A program made the translations under genes and the position numbers. A model generated the notes under the pieces. The model ran no database searches. It saw only the letters and a list, made by a program, of their open reading frames with translations, and was not told where the DNA came from. Of a DNA stretch of 64,000 bases, positions 1 to 13,575 are shown in pieces. Source of the stretch: Eledone cirrhosa (Eukaryota); contig OZ024761.1 in the NCBI GenBank assembly GCA_964016885.1, forward strand, positions 10,602,001-10,666,000. Direction: 5' to 3'. Position 1 is the first letter of the stretch. Each line of letters opens with the position of its first letter.

Positions 1-27
1 CTCTTCCTTTCATTGAGCCTACATTGA

Positions 28-330
28 TGGTACCAGTGTAGATATATATGGGGGTTAGTATGAGACAGTGTAGTTATATAGTGGAGGATTAGTACAGCCA
101 GTGTAGATATATATGGGGGTTAGTATGAGACAGTGTAGTTATGTAGTGGGGGTTACTACAGCCAGTGTAGATATATATATGGGGGTTAGTATGAGACTGT
201 AGTTATATGGTAAGGGTTACTACAGCCAGTGTAGATATATGGGGGTTATATATCTACACAGTGTAGTTATATATGGGGGTTAGTATGACACAATGTAGTT
301 ATATGGTAGGGGTTACTACAGCCAGGGTTA
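28..330. repeat. Degenerate ~33-35 bp tandem repeat containing GGGTTA
   Basis: Alternating units such as cagtgtagatatatatgggggttagtatgaga and cagtgtagttatatggtaggggttacta. Confidence 0.7.
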
Positions 331-380
331 TTTTGATAACGAAGGAAAGTGTGTCATTTTTGTCTCAATTTTTGTTTCAG

Positions 381-559
381 ACTTTGGAATGGCTGCCATC
401 ATTGTCATTTGTGTTGGTTTCCTGCTCTTCATGATCATTCTGGGTGTTATTCGGATCCGTGCCGCCCACAAACGTACCCAGGTGGTCGCTGTAGATGAGA
501 AGCAGGAAATGGAATGGGATAACTCTGCCCTAAACATCACTGTCAATCCAATGGATCAG
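381..559 (+). CDS. CLSTN: Calsyntenin penultimate coding exon (TM helix, first W-acidic motif, NP motif)
   Basis: ttgtttcag acceptor and gtacgt donor. Encodes FGMAAIIVICVGFLLFMIILGVIRIRAAH...EMEWDNSALNITVNPMDQ, matching the calsyntenin TM region and MDWDDSALTITVNPM motif. Confidence 0.93.
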
Positions 560-731
560 GTACGTGTGTATCAGATGGAAGGATATACATATTCACTATA
601 TCTGTGTATGTGTGTGTCTGTGCCTTTGCCTGTATGTGTATGTATGTGTGTGTGTGTCTGTGCCTTTGCCTGTATGTGTATGTATGTGTGTGTGTGTCTG
701 TGCCTTTGCCTGTATGATTGTGTATGTGTGT

Positions 732-865
732 AGACCTCGAGCAAGATGGTTGGATAACATCCATGAGCTTGGCTGGTCTTGCTTGGGTATCCAGCCAGAT
801 CAGTTGGAGACGGTTGCTTCTGACAGGACCCGCTGGAAGGAATGCTTGAGGACTCTGCCCTCCAC
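732..865 (+). mobile_element. 3' fragment of an RTE-like LINE
   Basis: RPRARWLDNI...TVASDRTRWKECL C-terminal motif; related copy at ~60770-61025. Confidence 0.55.
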
Positions 866-977
866 GTTTGACTTTTACACCTCCCTTCTGATGTCTTTTG
901 TTTTCCTTCTCCTGTCACTGGGCTTCGTTGCCAGAAGTTTTACCCATCTCCATTGTAGAGGCGTGTGTAGACCTTAG

Positions 978-1210
978 AGAAGGTGTGTGGCCGAGTGGTT
1001 AGAGAAGTGGATTCGCAATCATGAGGAAAGAGAAGTGGATTCGCATTGGGCTTGCAATTGGGAGATTGTGAGTTCGATTCCTGGACCAAGCGAAGTGTTA
1101 TTATGTCCTTGAGCAAGACACTTTATTTCATGTTGCTCCAGTTCACTCAGCTGTAAAAATGAGTTGCAATGTCACTGATGCCAAGGTGTATCGGCCTTTG
1201 CTTTTCCAAC
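978..1210 (+). mobile_element. tRNA-derived CORE-type SINE
   Basis: A box tggccgagtggttag, B box gagttcgattcc, core gtccttgagcaagacactt...ctcagctgtaaaaatg; related copies at 35618-35820 and 59610-59800. Confidence 0.7.
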
Positions 1211-1247
1211 ATCATATATATTGTATATATAGTGTGTGTGGGTATAT

Positions 1248-1350
1248 ATACAGGGTATCACCCAAAAATGTATACACACTTTGATTACCTGTACAGGCAA
1301 TATTTATTAGAATGCTGTTGAAGTGTGTATATATTTTAGGGGGACATAGT
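1248..1350. mobile_element. Tc1/mariner-like MITE (~100 bp)
   Basis: TA-CAGGGT terminus with an inverted end; related copies at ~15515-15605, 17249-17325 and 46369-46475. Confidence 0.55.
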
Positions 1351-1661
1351 TTTACATTTTACAATAATATAACTTCATCATGCACATAACACAAAGGATT
1401 AAAAGACTTTCTGGTTGATATGAGATGTATATGACCTTATTTACCACAGTTGTAAGACAGTGAGATATGACCTGGAGTTGCGACTGATAGATAGTAATGG
1501 CAATTGGAAAGACTAACGGAAACATTGTTTCCTCGGTTCGATTGACTGTCGATTGTAGAAGCTTCCAAACTGACTATTTTTCATATTCCACAATGCTTCA
1601 AGCAAACCTGAACACTCTCTTATAATTTTTTTTCTTTTTTTTTTTTCCTCTCTATTTTCAG

Positions 1662-1838
1662 CCTTATGATAGAGGTGATAGCGCCATGCAAGCATTACGT
1701 GTTGGTGATAGTGATTCCGATGATGATGATGATGATACGTGTCATGACAGCTCCGAGGAGGAGGCAATGGAGAAAGGCACTGCTCCAACTAAGGTTGGAC
1801 GGGAGTTAGAATGGGATGATTCCATCTTGTCTTTCTAA
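1662..1838 (+). CDS. CLSTN: Calsyntenin terminal coding exon (acidic tract, second kinesin-light-chain-binding W-acidic motif)
   Basis: Long pyrimidine tract plus cag acceptor; phase 0 matches the previous exon. PYDRGDSAMQALRVGDSDSDDDDDD...RELEWDDSILSF* resembles the vertebrate LEWDDSTLSY* end. Not in the ORF track. Confidence 0.92.
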   Translation, partial: PYDRGDSAMQALRVGDSDSDDDDDDTCHDSSEEEAMEKGTAPTKVGRELEWDDSILSF

Positions 1839-1859
1839 AGACAGAAAATTGTGGAAATA

Positions 1860-1872
1860 TTGCATGTATGTC

Positions 1873-1927
<55 letters not shown>

Positions 1928-2243
1928 ATGTATGTATATATATGTATGTGTGTGTGTGTGTCTTTGTGCGAGGCATATGCACACATACATACATCCATAC
2001 ACACACATACATGCATTCATACATGCATACACATTCATTCGTACATGCATATATGCACACTGACTCACATGGAACAATATGTGTGTGTCTTTGTGTTTGT
2101 GTTGGAGGGACGCATGCACACACATGCACATACATGCATACATACATATATGCTCATAGGCACATACACACACAAACACACAATAAGAAAGGTTGATAAC
2201 TAAAAGAAACCCAAACACAAGAGAACTCATACATATACACACA

Positions 2244-2311
<68 letters not shown>

Positions 2312-2350
2312 CATACACATATACATTCACACACACACCACCACCACCGC
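1860..2350. repeat. (TA)n/(TG)n/(CA)n compound microsatellite
   Basis: Directly visible; explains the YIYIY/HTHT ORFs. Confidence 0.9.
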
Positions 2351-3319
2351 CACCACCAACCATACATATAAAACTTCTACCACCACCAGGGCTAAAACAA
2401 CATCATCACCAATAACAATTAGTTAGTTACTAAGTACTACTACTACTATTACTGCTGCTAAGGCTACTGTTACTGCTTGTTTAGGAAACAAGACTAGTGC
2501 TATATTAGTACTACTACTACTACTACTAATATGACTACCAATGCTACTAATACTACTATAGAATGTGATATAGTTATGATAATAATAAAATTGAGGATTG
2601 GGATGAGAAAAAAACAGAATATTAAAATAAACATGAAAACATTGTTGAAACATAATAATGATGATGATGATGATGATATTAATAATGATAATAATAATAA
2701 TGATTTATTTGTTAGCCACAAGGGCTTGTACATACAATACAGTAAACATTAAATATAGGGGTTACAACACATGTGGGGCTGGATAGTTGTATAGAATAGA
2801 GTAACTATTACAAATATAGGGGTTACAACACGTGTGGGGCTGGACAGTTGTATAGAATAGGGTAACCATTACATGTGGGGCTGGATATAGAAACATACAT
2901 ATGATATGGTAAACATTATAAACATAGATATTACAGTAATACACGTGGGGCTGGACAGACAACGTTATATAATACAGTAAACATTATAAATATAGGTTAT
3001 AATACATGTAGGGCTGGACAATAATAATAATAATAATAAGTGATTTAATGGAATGATGGTGATGTTAATTGATAACGAGAATAGTAATGATGATGCTGAT
3101 GATAATGTTCATAATAAATAATAATGTTGATGATTATGAAGACGGTGGTGGGGGTTGGTTGAAAAAATAAATTAAGAAACAAAAAAATGTTTAAAGCATC
3201 GTTAATAACGATGATGATGAAATAAATATAAAAAAATTACATTGAAAAAAAAATTAAAACCAGCAAAAAAAACCCTTACATGAAAGAGAATTTTTTCCCT
3301 TAATCAGATGACCATCAAA

Positions 3320-3360
<41 letters not shown>

Positions 3361-5739
3361 GGGCAGTGGATTAGCAGAATGGACAATGTTTGTTGGACAG
3401 AATGTTTTGCACTTGTCTAGTCTCGGTTACCTCCCTTTACCTTCATGAGTAAGAAATGTCGTTGAGGTTAACTTTGGACTTTTCATCCTTCCAGTGGTGG
3501 TGGTAGTGGTAATTGATAAAAATGAAGTACCAGTCGTTATTTAGGGGAAGAAGAGTTTAATATAATCTAGCTATACTGCTCTCTCTCTCTCTGGCTTTGG
3601 GCCTATGTTAGAAACATCATCATCATTATTATTATCATTATTATTATTATTGTTGTTAATATTGTTGTTGTTATTTCTATTTCTCTGAACTTTAACCAAA
3701 CAAATAATGAAATAATACAATTTTTAAAAAACACCATTTTTTTTGTTATTTGAGGTGGTTAGAGGTAGATAGATAGGTTGATAGGTAGATAGATAGAATA
3801 GGTGATAGGTAGATAGATAAATACATAGGTTGATAGATAGATAGGTGAAAGTATAAAAGACATAGTTAATCTCAATAGATTGATAGATAGGTGAAGGTAT
3901 GATTGAATATAGATAGAAAGGTATAAAGAGATAGCAAAAGACAAGATAAGTATATTAAGGGGTCTAACTTGACAGACATAGACAGAAGAAAACTGAAAGA
4001 ACCCCCCCCCCCCCCTTGATTTGGCAGTGTATGTATGTATGTGTGTCAGAAAGTACTTCCTCCAACTCAATTACTATTATTACTACTACTACTACTATTT
4101 ATGGTCTGAGTTCAAATCCCGCTGAGGTTAACTTTTCCTTTCATCCTTATGGGCGTCTATAAAATAAAGTACCAGTAATGTACTGGGTAATTGCTGGCCT
4201 TGTGTCAAAAGTAGAAACAACTATTATTACTACCACCAACAACATTTGCGGGGGAAGAGAGGAAACTGTTTAAAGAAATGGCGGCTGCTGTTGACGATGG
4301 TGATGATGACGATAATGATAATAATGGTAATGGTGCTCTCTCTCTCTCTCCCCCTGCCTCTAGAGTGGGTTGAGAGTGAGGGAGATTAAGATGAGAGGAG
4401 TGGTGGAGAAGGTATGACAAGAGGAGGAGGAAGGAAGAAGAGACATGGTGGGGTGGATGTAGGTGGTGGTGGTGAGGTTTCCAATCTGTTTACATTCCAT
4501 TTTTTTTTTTTTTTTCTAAATTTATTTAATATTTTTTTTCTTGCCTGAAATATTTGTCATCCCACTCTATCTCTCCCTTTCTAAAACTTTACAGTGGAGG
4601 GGCTGGGGATGTCACTGATAAAACAAAGTACCAGTTATCTATTGAGGGTGGTAGGGCTTTGATTTCATAATATTCCTCTCCATAAAGCATCCATTTCAGA
4701 TGTGAATGGAATTACAATAGAAGACAACGACTGCTTCTTTGAATGTTGCCAACACCTGCCACCCTCTACCACTGTAGTAGCAGTGTCTACTGCTGCATTA
4801 GCACCTTCTACCGCTACAGTGCTTCCCACTACTGCAATGCCTACCTTCGAACACTGCAATGTTACCCTCTACTGCTGCAGTGCTTCCCTCTAGCACTGTA
4901 ATGCTAATGTCTACCACTGTAATAGCAGTGTCTAGTACTGCTACTACAGTATCCATCCTCTACCACTGTAGGGCCACCCTCAACCACTGCAGGGTCTATC
5001 CACTGTCCTCTACCACTGCACCTGTCTTTAAAGACATTTTTTTAAAAACTAAGACAAAACCAGAACATTCTGGCAACACTGCATCATGGTAAAACCCACC
5101 GAAATGGTAAATATATACCGTTGTTCTTAATACCACTTTTTCTATACAACTCTAAACCACTCCATAGCACTACTCTATGCCACTCCATTGCATTGTTCTA
5201 TGATTGACTCATTTGTTTTTACTTCTAAGTCCACAGAGATACAGATACACACACAAACACACGAGCATACATATACATACACACTGTACTACACTACATA
5301 ACGACACTCCATGCTACTCTGCTACACTCCACCTACACTACACTCCACCTACACTCCACTCCACCAACACTACAATATTCCACTGTAAGTTAAACCAAAA
5401 TAAATTCTGAAATCTCTCTTAATTCAATGATCTTGGTGTTTCTAGTTGTCTCTCTCTCTCTCGCTCTCTCTCTCTCAGTAACTGCTATTACTACTACTAG
5501 TACTACCACTACTAATATGTTTTACTACTACCACTACTAATATGTTTTACTACTACCACTACTAATATGATTTACTACTACTACTACTACCACTAATAAC
5601 TACTACTATTACTACTATTGCTATGGTGGAACAATCAACAGCATTACTACCACCATTATCATCATTGTTATATCATCAATAAAAATAGAAATTAGAATTG
5701 TTCACAACTTAAAACAGACAATATAACAGCTATATCACC

Positions 5740-6010
5740 ACTGTGGTTCACCCATCACAACAGTGGTTCAATCGTCGCAACAGTGGCTCAGCCGTCATAA
5801 CAGTGGCTCAACCGTCGCAACAGCGGCTCAGTCGTCGCAACAGTAGCTCAGCCATCACAACAGCGGTTCAGTCGTCGCAACAGTGGCTCAGCCGTCACAA
5901 CAGTGGCTCAACCATCACAGTAGTGGTTCAGCCATCACAACAGTGGCTCAACCTTCACAGTAGTGGTTCAGCCATCACAACAGTGGCTCAGCCATCGCAA
6001 TAGCAGTGTC
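5740..6010. repeat. 21-bp tandem repeat (acagtggctcagccgtcacaa), ~12 copies
   Basis: Directly visible periodicity. Confidence 0.8.
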
Positions 6011-7795
6011 TCAGTCACCACAATAACTATATGGAAATGAACAGCTTTGGCTGTTCATGTTCCCTCTCTCTCTCTAAACACACACACACACTCATATTTC
6101 TCAACGATCTATGTAACACTTTCAGTATATATATATATATATATTTTAATGTAGATTTATGATGGACTTGATGATGGTGTTTGGTTGTGTGTGTGTGTGT
6201 CTCTCGCTATCTATCTATCTATCTATCTATCTATCTCTGTCATAATTGGTAACTTCCAAACTATTTAGGAGGGCAATTTTGAGAACTTGAAAAAAAAGTT
6301 TGGAAATCCATTTGTGACCACCTCCCCTGCCAGCTGAATGTTTCTAATCTATAGTAAGATTTATGTGGTGGCAGTGTTGGTGCCAAGTATGTCTGTCTGT
6401 CTCTCTCTTAAAATTTAGACCTGTGTTTGTTTTTGTGAATTATTATTAGGTTAAGGGTAGTGGACTGGCAGAATCAGTAGAGTGTCAGGCAACATGCTGT
6501 GTGGCATATAGTTACGGCCCTTTACATTCTGAGTTCAAATCCTGCCGAGGTTAGCTTTGCCTAACATCCTTACAGTGGTCGATAAGATAAAGTACCAGTA
6601 ATGTACTGGAGTCGATTTAATGAACTTTCCCCTTTCCTTTAAAATTGCTGGCTTAGTGCCAAATGTAGACACAATTATTATCACAGTAACTCCTCTGAAT
6701 CATGTGTGAGTGGATGTTGGTGTAGCAAGAAAAAAAAACAAAAATATTGGAGGGGTTTTGTTATAAGCTTAAGTCTATATATAATAGCTTTAAAAAATTT
6801 TTTTTTTACTTTTACTAATTAAAGAAAACACTAGGGTGGTGGTGGTGTTGGGTGGAAGGGAAATGGAATATTTTACTTTATAAATATATCTTCCCATTTT
6901 TCCCCATTTTCTTTTTCAAATCATTATTTGGTTATATATACATATATATATGTATATATACACACACATACACTTCTGTGTGTGTATGTATATATATATA
7001 TACATATATATATGTAATGTATGTATGTATATGTGCGTACAAATGAAAGAAAAGAGTACTCAATATGTAAGGAAATTGAGATACGTCTATGAAACCGTTG
7101 GTTATGTTTATATATATGTATCTGAGTTTTAGGGCCATTTCCCCCACCAAAGCAGGGGTTAACCATGTGAGACCTATGATAGACTTCATACATATCATGG
7201 GGACTTTCTGGGGCAATGTTTTACAACCTGATGCTCTCCCTGGCTCCAACCCTTTTAAACACCTATTACGGTATGCAGGAATACTGTACCTATTCTAAAC
7301 CAGATACACATATCATTATAAATAAATTCTCAACACAGCGAACTCTAGGATAAGTCTTAGAAACTGTATATCTGTTAGTGTTGCTTATCTTTCAGACAAC
7401 ACTAGCAGATATACAGTCTCTAAAATCTATGCAAGAGTATTCTATGAAACCTTAGGTAACATGCAACTGTGTTGAGAATTTATTTATAATAATATACTTT
7501 AGCTCTGTATTTAACATAGAACATTCTTTATTTTATTATCTCTTGTCTATGGAAACTCTTGATACAACCTATATAATTATACACACACTAGCTACAATAT
7601 TGAGGACATTGTCTAGGTAAGTGTAAAGCCTATAGATTTACTTGACTGTCTAGTTTTGACATTTTTGCTTCATCTGTGGTGTTTAGGTGTTCTTGCTTCA
7701 TGTGTTCAGGGTCGTGTGGTTGTTTTCTGATATAAAAAGAATTTGTACTTGAATAAAAATTTTCACTATATATCACTACGAAATTATATACATAT

Positions 7796-7865
<70 letters not shown>

Positions 7866-9190
7866 TCGAACCCATGCCAGAGTGGAGAAACAGATGTTAG
7901 ATGATATATAAAATATGTATAATGTATATATAAATATATATATTTATTAAGTATATTTTACAGCTCATAGCATTCCTGTACCCTGGGTTTCATATGAATG
8001 TTTTGTTTCATTCTACGGCAGGGCTCACTTGAGGTAGTAAACAGTCATAATATACACACTCTCTCTCTCTCTCCCTCTCATACACACACACACACGTACA
8101 CATGCGGTTACTGACACTCAAGTGGAGAGAAGATAGTACCTGAACAACCTTAACAGTAGTGTGGTTGGCTCTGGCTGGTTCTTTTAAGACTCTTTAAGAT
8201 TATTTTCTTGTTAAACAAAATATGTTATAAGACACATCAGTTTGTGAATCTGACGTACACCCGGTTAGCAGCAATATCTACAGTTGGCTGCTTCTCTGGG
8301 GTGTGATTAAGTGGAGGGAAGGCGAGACAAAAGATCTTATAAACATAAATGGAAAATAATTTCATAAGTAAGTTAAATTAAGTCTTCAAAAAAAATTTTT
8401 TAAATTACAAAAAAAAAATACATGAAAAATTTTTTTCTGTATAACTTTCTTTTTTCTTCAACCAATGCACACACTATTACATTTTTTTATAACACAAATA
8501 TTATTATTATTATTTACAATGTAGTGTGAAATAAATTGTGGAAAGGATTTTTTGAACGAAAGAATATAAGTATTCATCATCATAATTGTCATTATTGTTG
8601 TTGTTATTATTATTATTATAATATAAGGGTGGTGGGATTGACAAGAATGGTTTGAACGTCGGAGGAATATGGTTTGTGGGTATTTGTTCTGACCCTTTAC
8701 ATTCTGAGTTCAAATTTTGTTGAGGGCCGACTTTGCCCCCCTTCTCTCTTTTTTTTTTTTTAAGCCTTCCTTCCAGTGGAGGTTCGATGAAATAAAGTAC
8801 CAGTCATGTGTTGGGGTTCAATTGAAATCAACTCCCCACCCCGCTCCTCTTCCTCCCTTGAATTGCTGGCCTTGTGCCTAAATTAGAAATGTCTATTCTA
8901 TTATTTGTTTGTTATTTAAAATCTTTCAGTGGATCCTCACCAACAAAAGCAACAACAAAAAAAAAATTCAAAAACAAAACAAAGAAAAGAAAACAATCAT
9001 TGAAAAGGAAACATCTTCTGGGGACAGTTGAGAGAAACTTTAAAAGACAAAAAAAAAAAGAAAATTTAAACAAGAACGAGGCAGTGCTCCAGCATGGCCA
9101 CAGTCAAATGACTGGAACTAAAAAAAAAAAAAGAAATTAAAGAAAAAAAACAAAACACCCAAATGTCCTCAAAATGTCTATTATTTGTGT

Positions 9191-9225
<35 letters not shown>

Positions 9226-9334
9226 GTCTTCGAGATTTTAGTCTCAAGATTATATTAGATAAAACCCTTTTTATTTTCTTTATAATTTTCTTTTTAAAAA
9301 TTTTTTTTTCTATTTTCTTGCACATTTCATTATT

Positions 9335-10990
9335 ACGGGGTCGATAAAATAAAGTACCAGTAATGCACTGGGTAATTGCTGGCCTTGTGCCAAAAGTAGA
9401 AACATTATTATTATTGTTAGGCTGGTGGATTGGCAGAATCAGTAGAGGGTCGGATGCCATGCTTTGCAGCATAGAGTTAAGGTCCTTTATGATGTTCAAA
9501 TCCCGGCGAGGTTAACTTTGCTTTTCATCCTTATGGGGGGTCAATAAAATAAAGTACCAGTAATGCACTGGGATCGATGTAATCGACTTTCCCCTTCCCC
9601 CAAATTGCTGGCCTTGTGCCTATATATAAACCATTATTATTGGCAGTATCGGTAGAGCGTTGGACATGCTTTATAGTGCAGAAATGGCTTCAACAGGACT
9701 AGAACTGTTTCATTATTTTTATATGATCTGAGTTCAAATCCCGCCGAGGTTAACTTTGCCTTTCATCCTTAAGGGGTCGATAAAATAAAGTACCAGTAAT
9801 GCACTGGGATAATTGTTGGCCTTGTGCCAAATGTAGAAACAATTATATATAGCTCTCTCTGAGGGTAACTTTGCCATTCGTCCTTCTCGGGAAAGGGGAG
9901 AGGGACTCAATGAAATAAAATACCAGTCATGTACTGGTAGTTGATGTAATCAACTTTCCCTCCCTTCCCAAAAATTCTTTTTGGCCTCGTGCCTGAATTA
10001 GAAACAATTATTATTCTCTCTACCACATCCTAGTTTCAAGAAGTCGCAATGAGGTCAACTTTGCTTTTTGTCCTTCCTAGTCTCAATAAACTAAAGTACC
10101 AGTGATATACTGAGAGGAGGCAGAGTGTTGATTTGATTCATCAACTGTTCCCCACTCCTGTCCTAAATGTCAAGCCTTGTGCTTGTGTTGGATAGTTGGA
10201 TATAGAATTATTATTGTAAAGAGTGTTGAATTAACAGGATCGGTAGAGCATTGAACAAAATGCCTTGTATTTGTTCTGGCTTTTTACATTCTAAGTTCAA
10301 ATCCCTCTGACGTGGATTTTCTGGTCTTTCATTCTACATGGAAGGTTGATAAAATAATGTATGAGGGTCATTATATTCGACTTTCCCCTGTACCCAAATT
10401 GCTGGACTTGGTCCTAAATTAGGGTCCAGTATCATTATCATTATTGTTACCCTTACGGGGGGGGGGGGGGGGGTCGATAAAATAAAGTACCAGTAATACA
10501 CTGGAATAATTGCTGGCCTTGTGCCAAAAGTAGAAACAATTATTATTGTATAAATGGCGGTGAATTGGCAGTATTCGTAGAGCGTCAGACACCATGCTTT
10601 ACAGCATAGAGTTATGTCCCTTTACGTTCTGAGTTCAAATCCTGCCGAGGTTAGCTTTGCCTTTCATCCTTATGGGGGTCGATAAAATAAAGTACCAGTA
10701 ATACATTGGGATAATTGCTGGCCTTGTGCCAAAAGTAGAAACAATTATTATTATTGTATAAAGGGTGGTGAATTGGCAGAATCAGTAGAGTGCCTGACAC
10801 CCTGCTTCGTGGCATAGAGTTACGGCCCTGTACGCTCTGAGTCCAAATCCCGCCGGGGTTAACTTTGCCTTTCATCCTTCCGGGATCTATAAAATAAAGT
10901 ACCAGTAATGCACTGGGGGTCGATTTAATTGACTTTCCCTAGTTTCCTTCAAAATTGCTGGCCTTGTGCCTAAATCAGAAACCATTATTC
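9335..10990 (+). mobile_element. Head-to-tail cluster of tRNA-derived SINEs (second family)
   Basis: Repeated tggcagaatcggtagag (A box), gagttcaaatcccgccgagg (B box), ctttcatcc..ggggtcgataaaataaagtaccagt body and AT-rich tail. Further + copies near 3360, 4100, 6455, 8630, 17065, 28490, 43790; - copies near 26755, 54570, 54760. Confidence 0.8.
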
Positions 10991-11239
10991 TTGTAAAATG
11001 ACCCACTCCCCCTCACACACACGCAACTTTTAGTTTTGTTGTTTTTTTATAAAGCCTTTTTTTTCTGCTTTTTAACTCCACCGCCAGCTTTCAGAATTCG
11101 CTTTACTTTCTACGTATTATATTCAATACATACATGTGTATCAACGTTAATAAATCTGTAATATATACATGTATGTAAATATATATATATATGTATGCTT
11201 ATACATACATATATGCATATATATATATATACACATATA

Positions 11240-11279
<40 letters not shown>

Positions 11280-11311
11280 TGCATATATATATATACACAT
11301 ATATGCATATA

Positions 11312-11344
<33 letters not shown>

Positions 11345-11452
11345 GCATATCTTGTAATATATATAACCAAGACATCTTTAAAAAAAATTTAAATAACCCC
11401 CTCCCCCCACAGGGATTTAATATTTTTGCTGTGTTATATTTTTTTAGTTGAG

Positions 11453-11495
<43 letters not shown>

Positions 11496-11764
11496 GTGAT
11501 TAATTAATATATATGGATTTATTTGAATATTTAGCCCCTCTTCCCTCTCCTCTCTCTTTTCCACCCTTCATCATTAATCCTGAGTACTGAAATTGTGAAA
11601 TTTTTAATTTTTAATACTCTACTAATAAATATATGTATATTTATATACACTCTAAATATTGAAGATTTTTTTTATTTATTTTTCTTTTTGTTTTCACTAT
11701 TCTATACTACATACATTCATCATCATCATTGTCCAGTTTTTTTATTGGACACAATTAATCCCTT

Positions 11765-12100
11765 AATAGGAGAGAGTCCTGCCTGACAATGCTCCTTAGC
11801 GTCCCGCTCCATGTGTTTTTGTCCACCAGTCTCACATGGGCCAGGCCAAGCCTAGCTTGATCCCGACATACATCCTCCATCCAAGTCCTTCTTTGGTTTT
11901 TCTGGGCCTCTACTGCCTCCTGGATCGACATTCATCACTTTGCTGATCCATGATCCAGCCCTCACTACGCTTGATAATGGCTGTACCAGTATATGCATCT
12001 CGTGTGTAGCATATCCTTGAGGTCGTCGATCAGCAGTCTTTTCAGGAGCTCGGTTGAGTTGACATCATCCTCAGTGGCACATCTAGCGGATCTCTAGCGC
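11765..12100 (-). mobile_element. Degenerate RTE LINE 3' fragment
   Basis: Minus strand shows decayed similarity to the RTE C-terminus (SWISKVMNVDPGGSRGP..PKK). Confidence 0.45.
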
Positions 12101-12244
12101 CTCAATGGATTTTACAATTCATATTTTCACTATTCTATAATAGGTACATTGACTTAAAATACATACCCATCTTTCTCTATCTATTTATCTATCTATACCT
12201 GTCTCCACCTACCTATTTTTCTTTATCTATGGTCCTATGTCTAT

Positions 12245-13440
12245 CGACCTCCTCGTTGTGGGCCCTAGAAACTGATCAATTTTTCTTCTTGTCATATGAT
12301 GTATGCACAATTGTTAGAGAGACAGATCGAGATTGGGGAGCCAGACTAAGGTGTTGTTTGCGGCATTATGAATTGCACCCAGGCCACTGGGAATACAGAC
12401 TGCAACAAGATATTTGGGATGTGGTTCATTCTTGACAGGTCTACCACAAAAGGAGAACTTTTGTACCATCCTAGCTGAGATGGAAGGCTGTCAGAGTAGT
12501 CTTGCTTGGGTTGGGCTGAAGCTGCCTGTAGGAATAGTAGTCCTCTATCTTCAGGTCTTCGATGAATGTAAATTTGAGTTTGTCGAAGTCAGTAGATTGG
12601 GTAGCCAAGGCAAGGTCATTTGCATATGTAAATTCCCTCAAAGTTGTCCTGGGCACATTGTTCATGTAGATATTAAGGTGCATTGGTGCCAGGAGGATGG
12701 AACCTTTGGGAAGGCCATCATTCAGGGTTCTGGTTGAACTTGTTTGACCTCCTTGTAACACTCTGAATCTTCTGTTAGTGAGTATGGAGGCAAAGATGTT
12801 CACAATTGCCTGGCACTTGATGATATGACAGGCTGTATCTCCATACAGTATCATATGCTGAAGAGAGGTCTTGAGACCTCGTTGGTAGCCAGTCTTGATG
12901 AAGGTAGTAAAGGTGAGTATTTGATCAGTGCAACTCCTTGGTGGTCTGAAGCCTGCTTGCTCTTTAGGCAGAGTTGGTTCTACTAAAGGACCAAGCTTAA
13001 CCAAGAGGAGCCATTCAAGTAGCTTATAAGAGGTACAGAGGGGAGAGATTGGCCAGTATCTTGCAGGATCATCTACAGGTTTCAGGATGGTGATGACCTT
13101 GGCTTCTCTCCAGATCTTTGGGATAACTTCAATTGAGTGGATGACTGCAAAGAGAAGCCAGTTAGACTCAGGCATTTGAACTGAGGTTGTTAAGGAATTC
13201 AGGATAGATGCCATCAATTCTTGCTGCCTTGCCTACTTTGGTGGATGAAAGGCCAGTATTTACCTCCCTTATGGTGTAAGATCTAGTAAGTGGGGTACTC
13301 GTCGGTGAAGAGGAGTAGGCTAGTGAGAGATTGTCATGGACTTCTTGGCGTGCATCCTTGGTTGATGCTATTGAGTTGATGCTATTGGTACTATTGAGTT
13401 GAGAAGTAGGTGTGATGCAACTGCATTAGTAGTTACTTTT
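12245..13440 (-). mobile_element. Decayed non-LTR retrotransposon RT fragment (Ingi/Vingi- or Jockey-like, clade uncertain)
   Basis: ORF 12471-13217: WREAKVITILKP, YWPISPLC..YKLLE, EQAGFR, GLPKGS, YANDLAL (degenerate YADD). Confidence 0.8.
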
Positions 13441-13464
13441 GGTGGCTGGTGCTGATTGGGAGAT

Positions 13465-13575
13465 CTGCACATTTTGGCATGTTGGTGGAGTGCTGATGAG
13501 TTTTTCTCATCTTGGAATTCTCGCCAGTGTTCATTTATACTTTCTCCTATGAATAAGAATAAGAACACAACTTAC
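13465..13575 (-). mobile_element. Possible Penelope-like GIY-YIG endonuclease remnant
   Basis: FIGES...EH...SALHQH resembles the PLE YIGET..R..EH..SAL..H motif. Confidence 0.4.

Noticed and set aside
978-1090. tRNA gene
   Set aside because: The A and B boxes belong to a SINE head; there is no full cloverleaf and a SINE core follows.
1789-2426. Many short ORFs (YIYI, CVCV, HTHT)
   Set aside because: Dinucleotide microsatellite translations; the same applies at 6850-7250 and 11110-11560.
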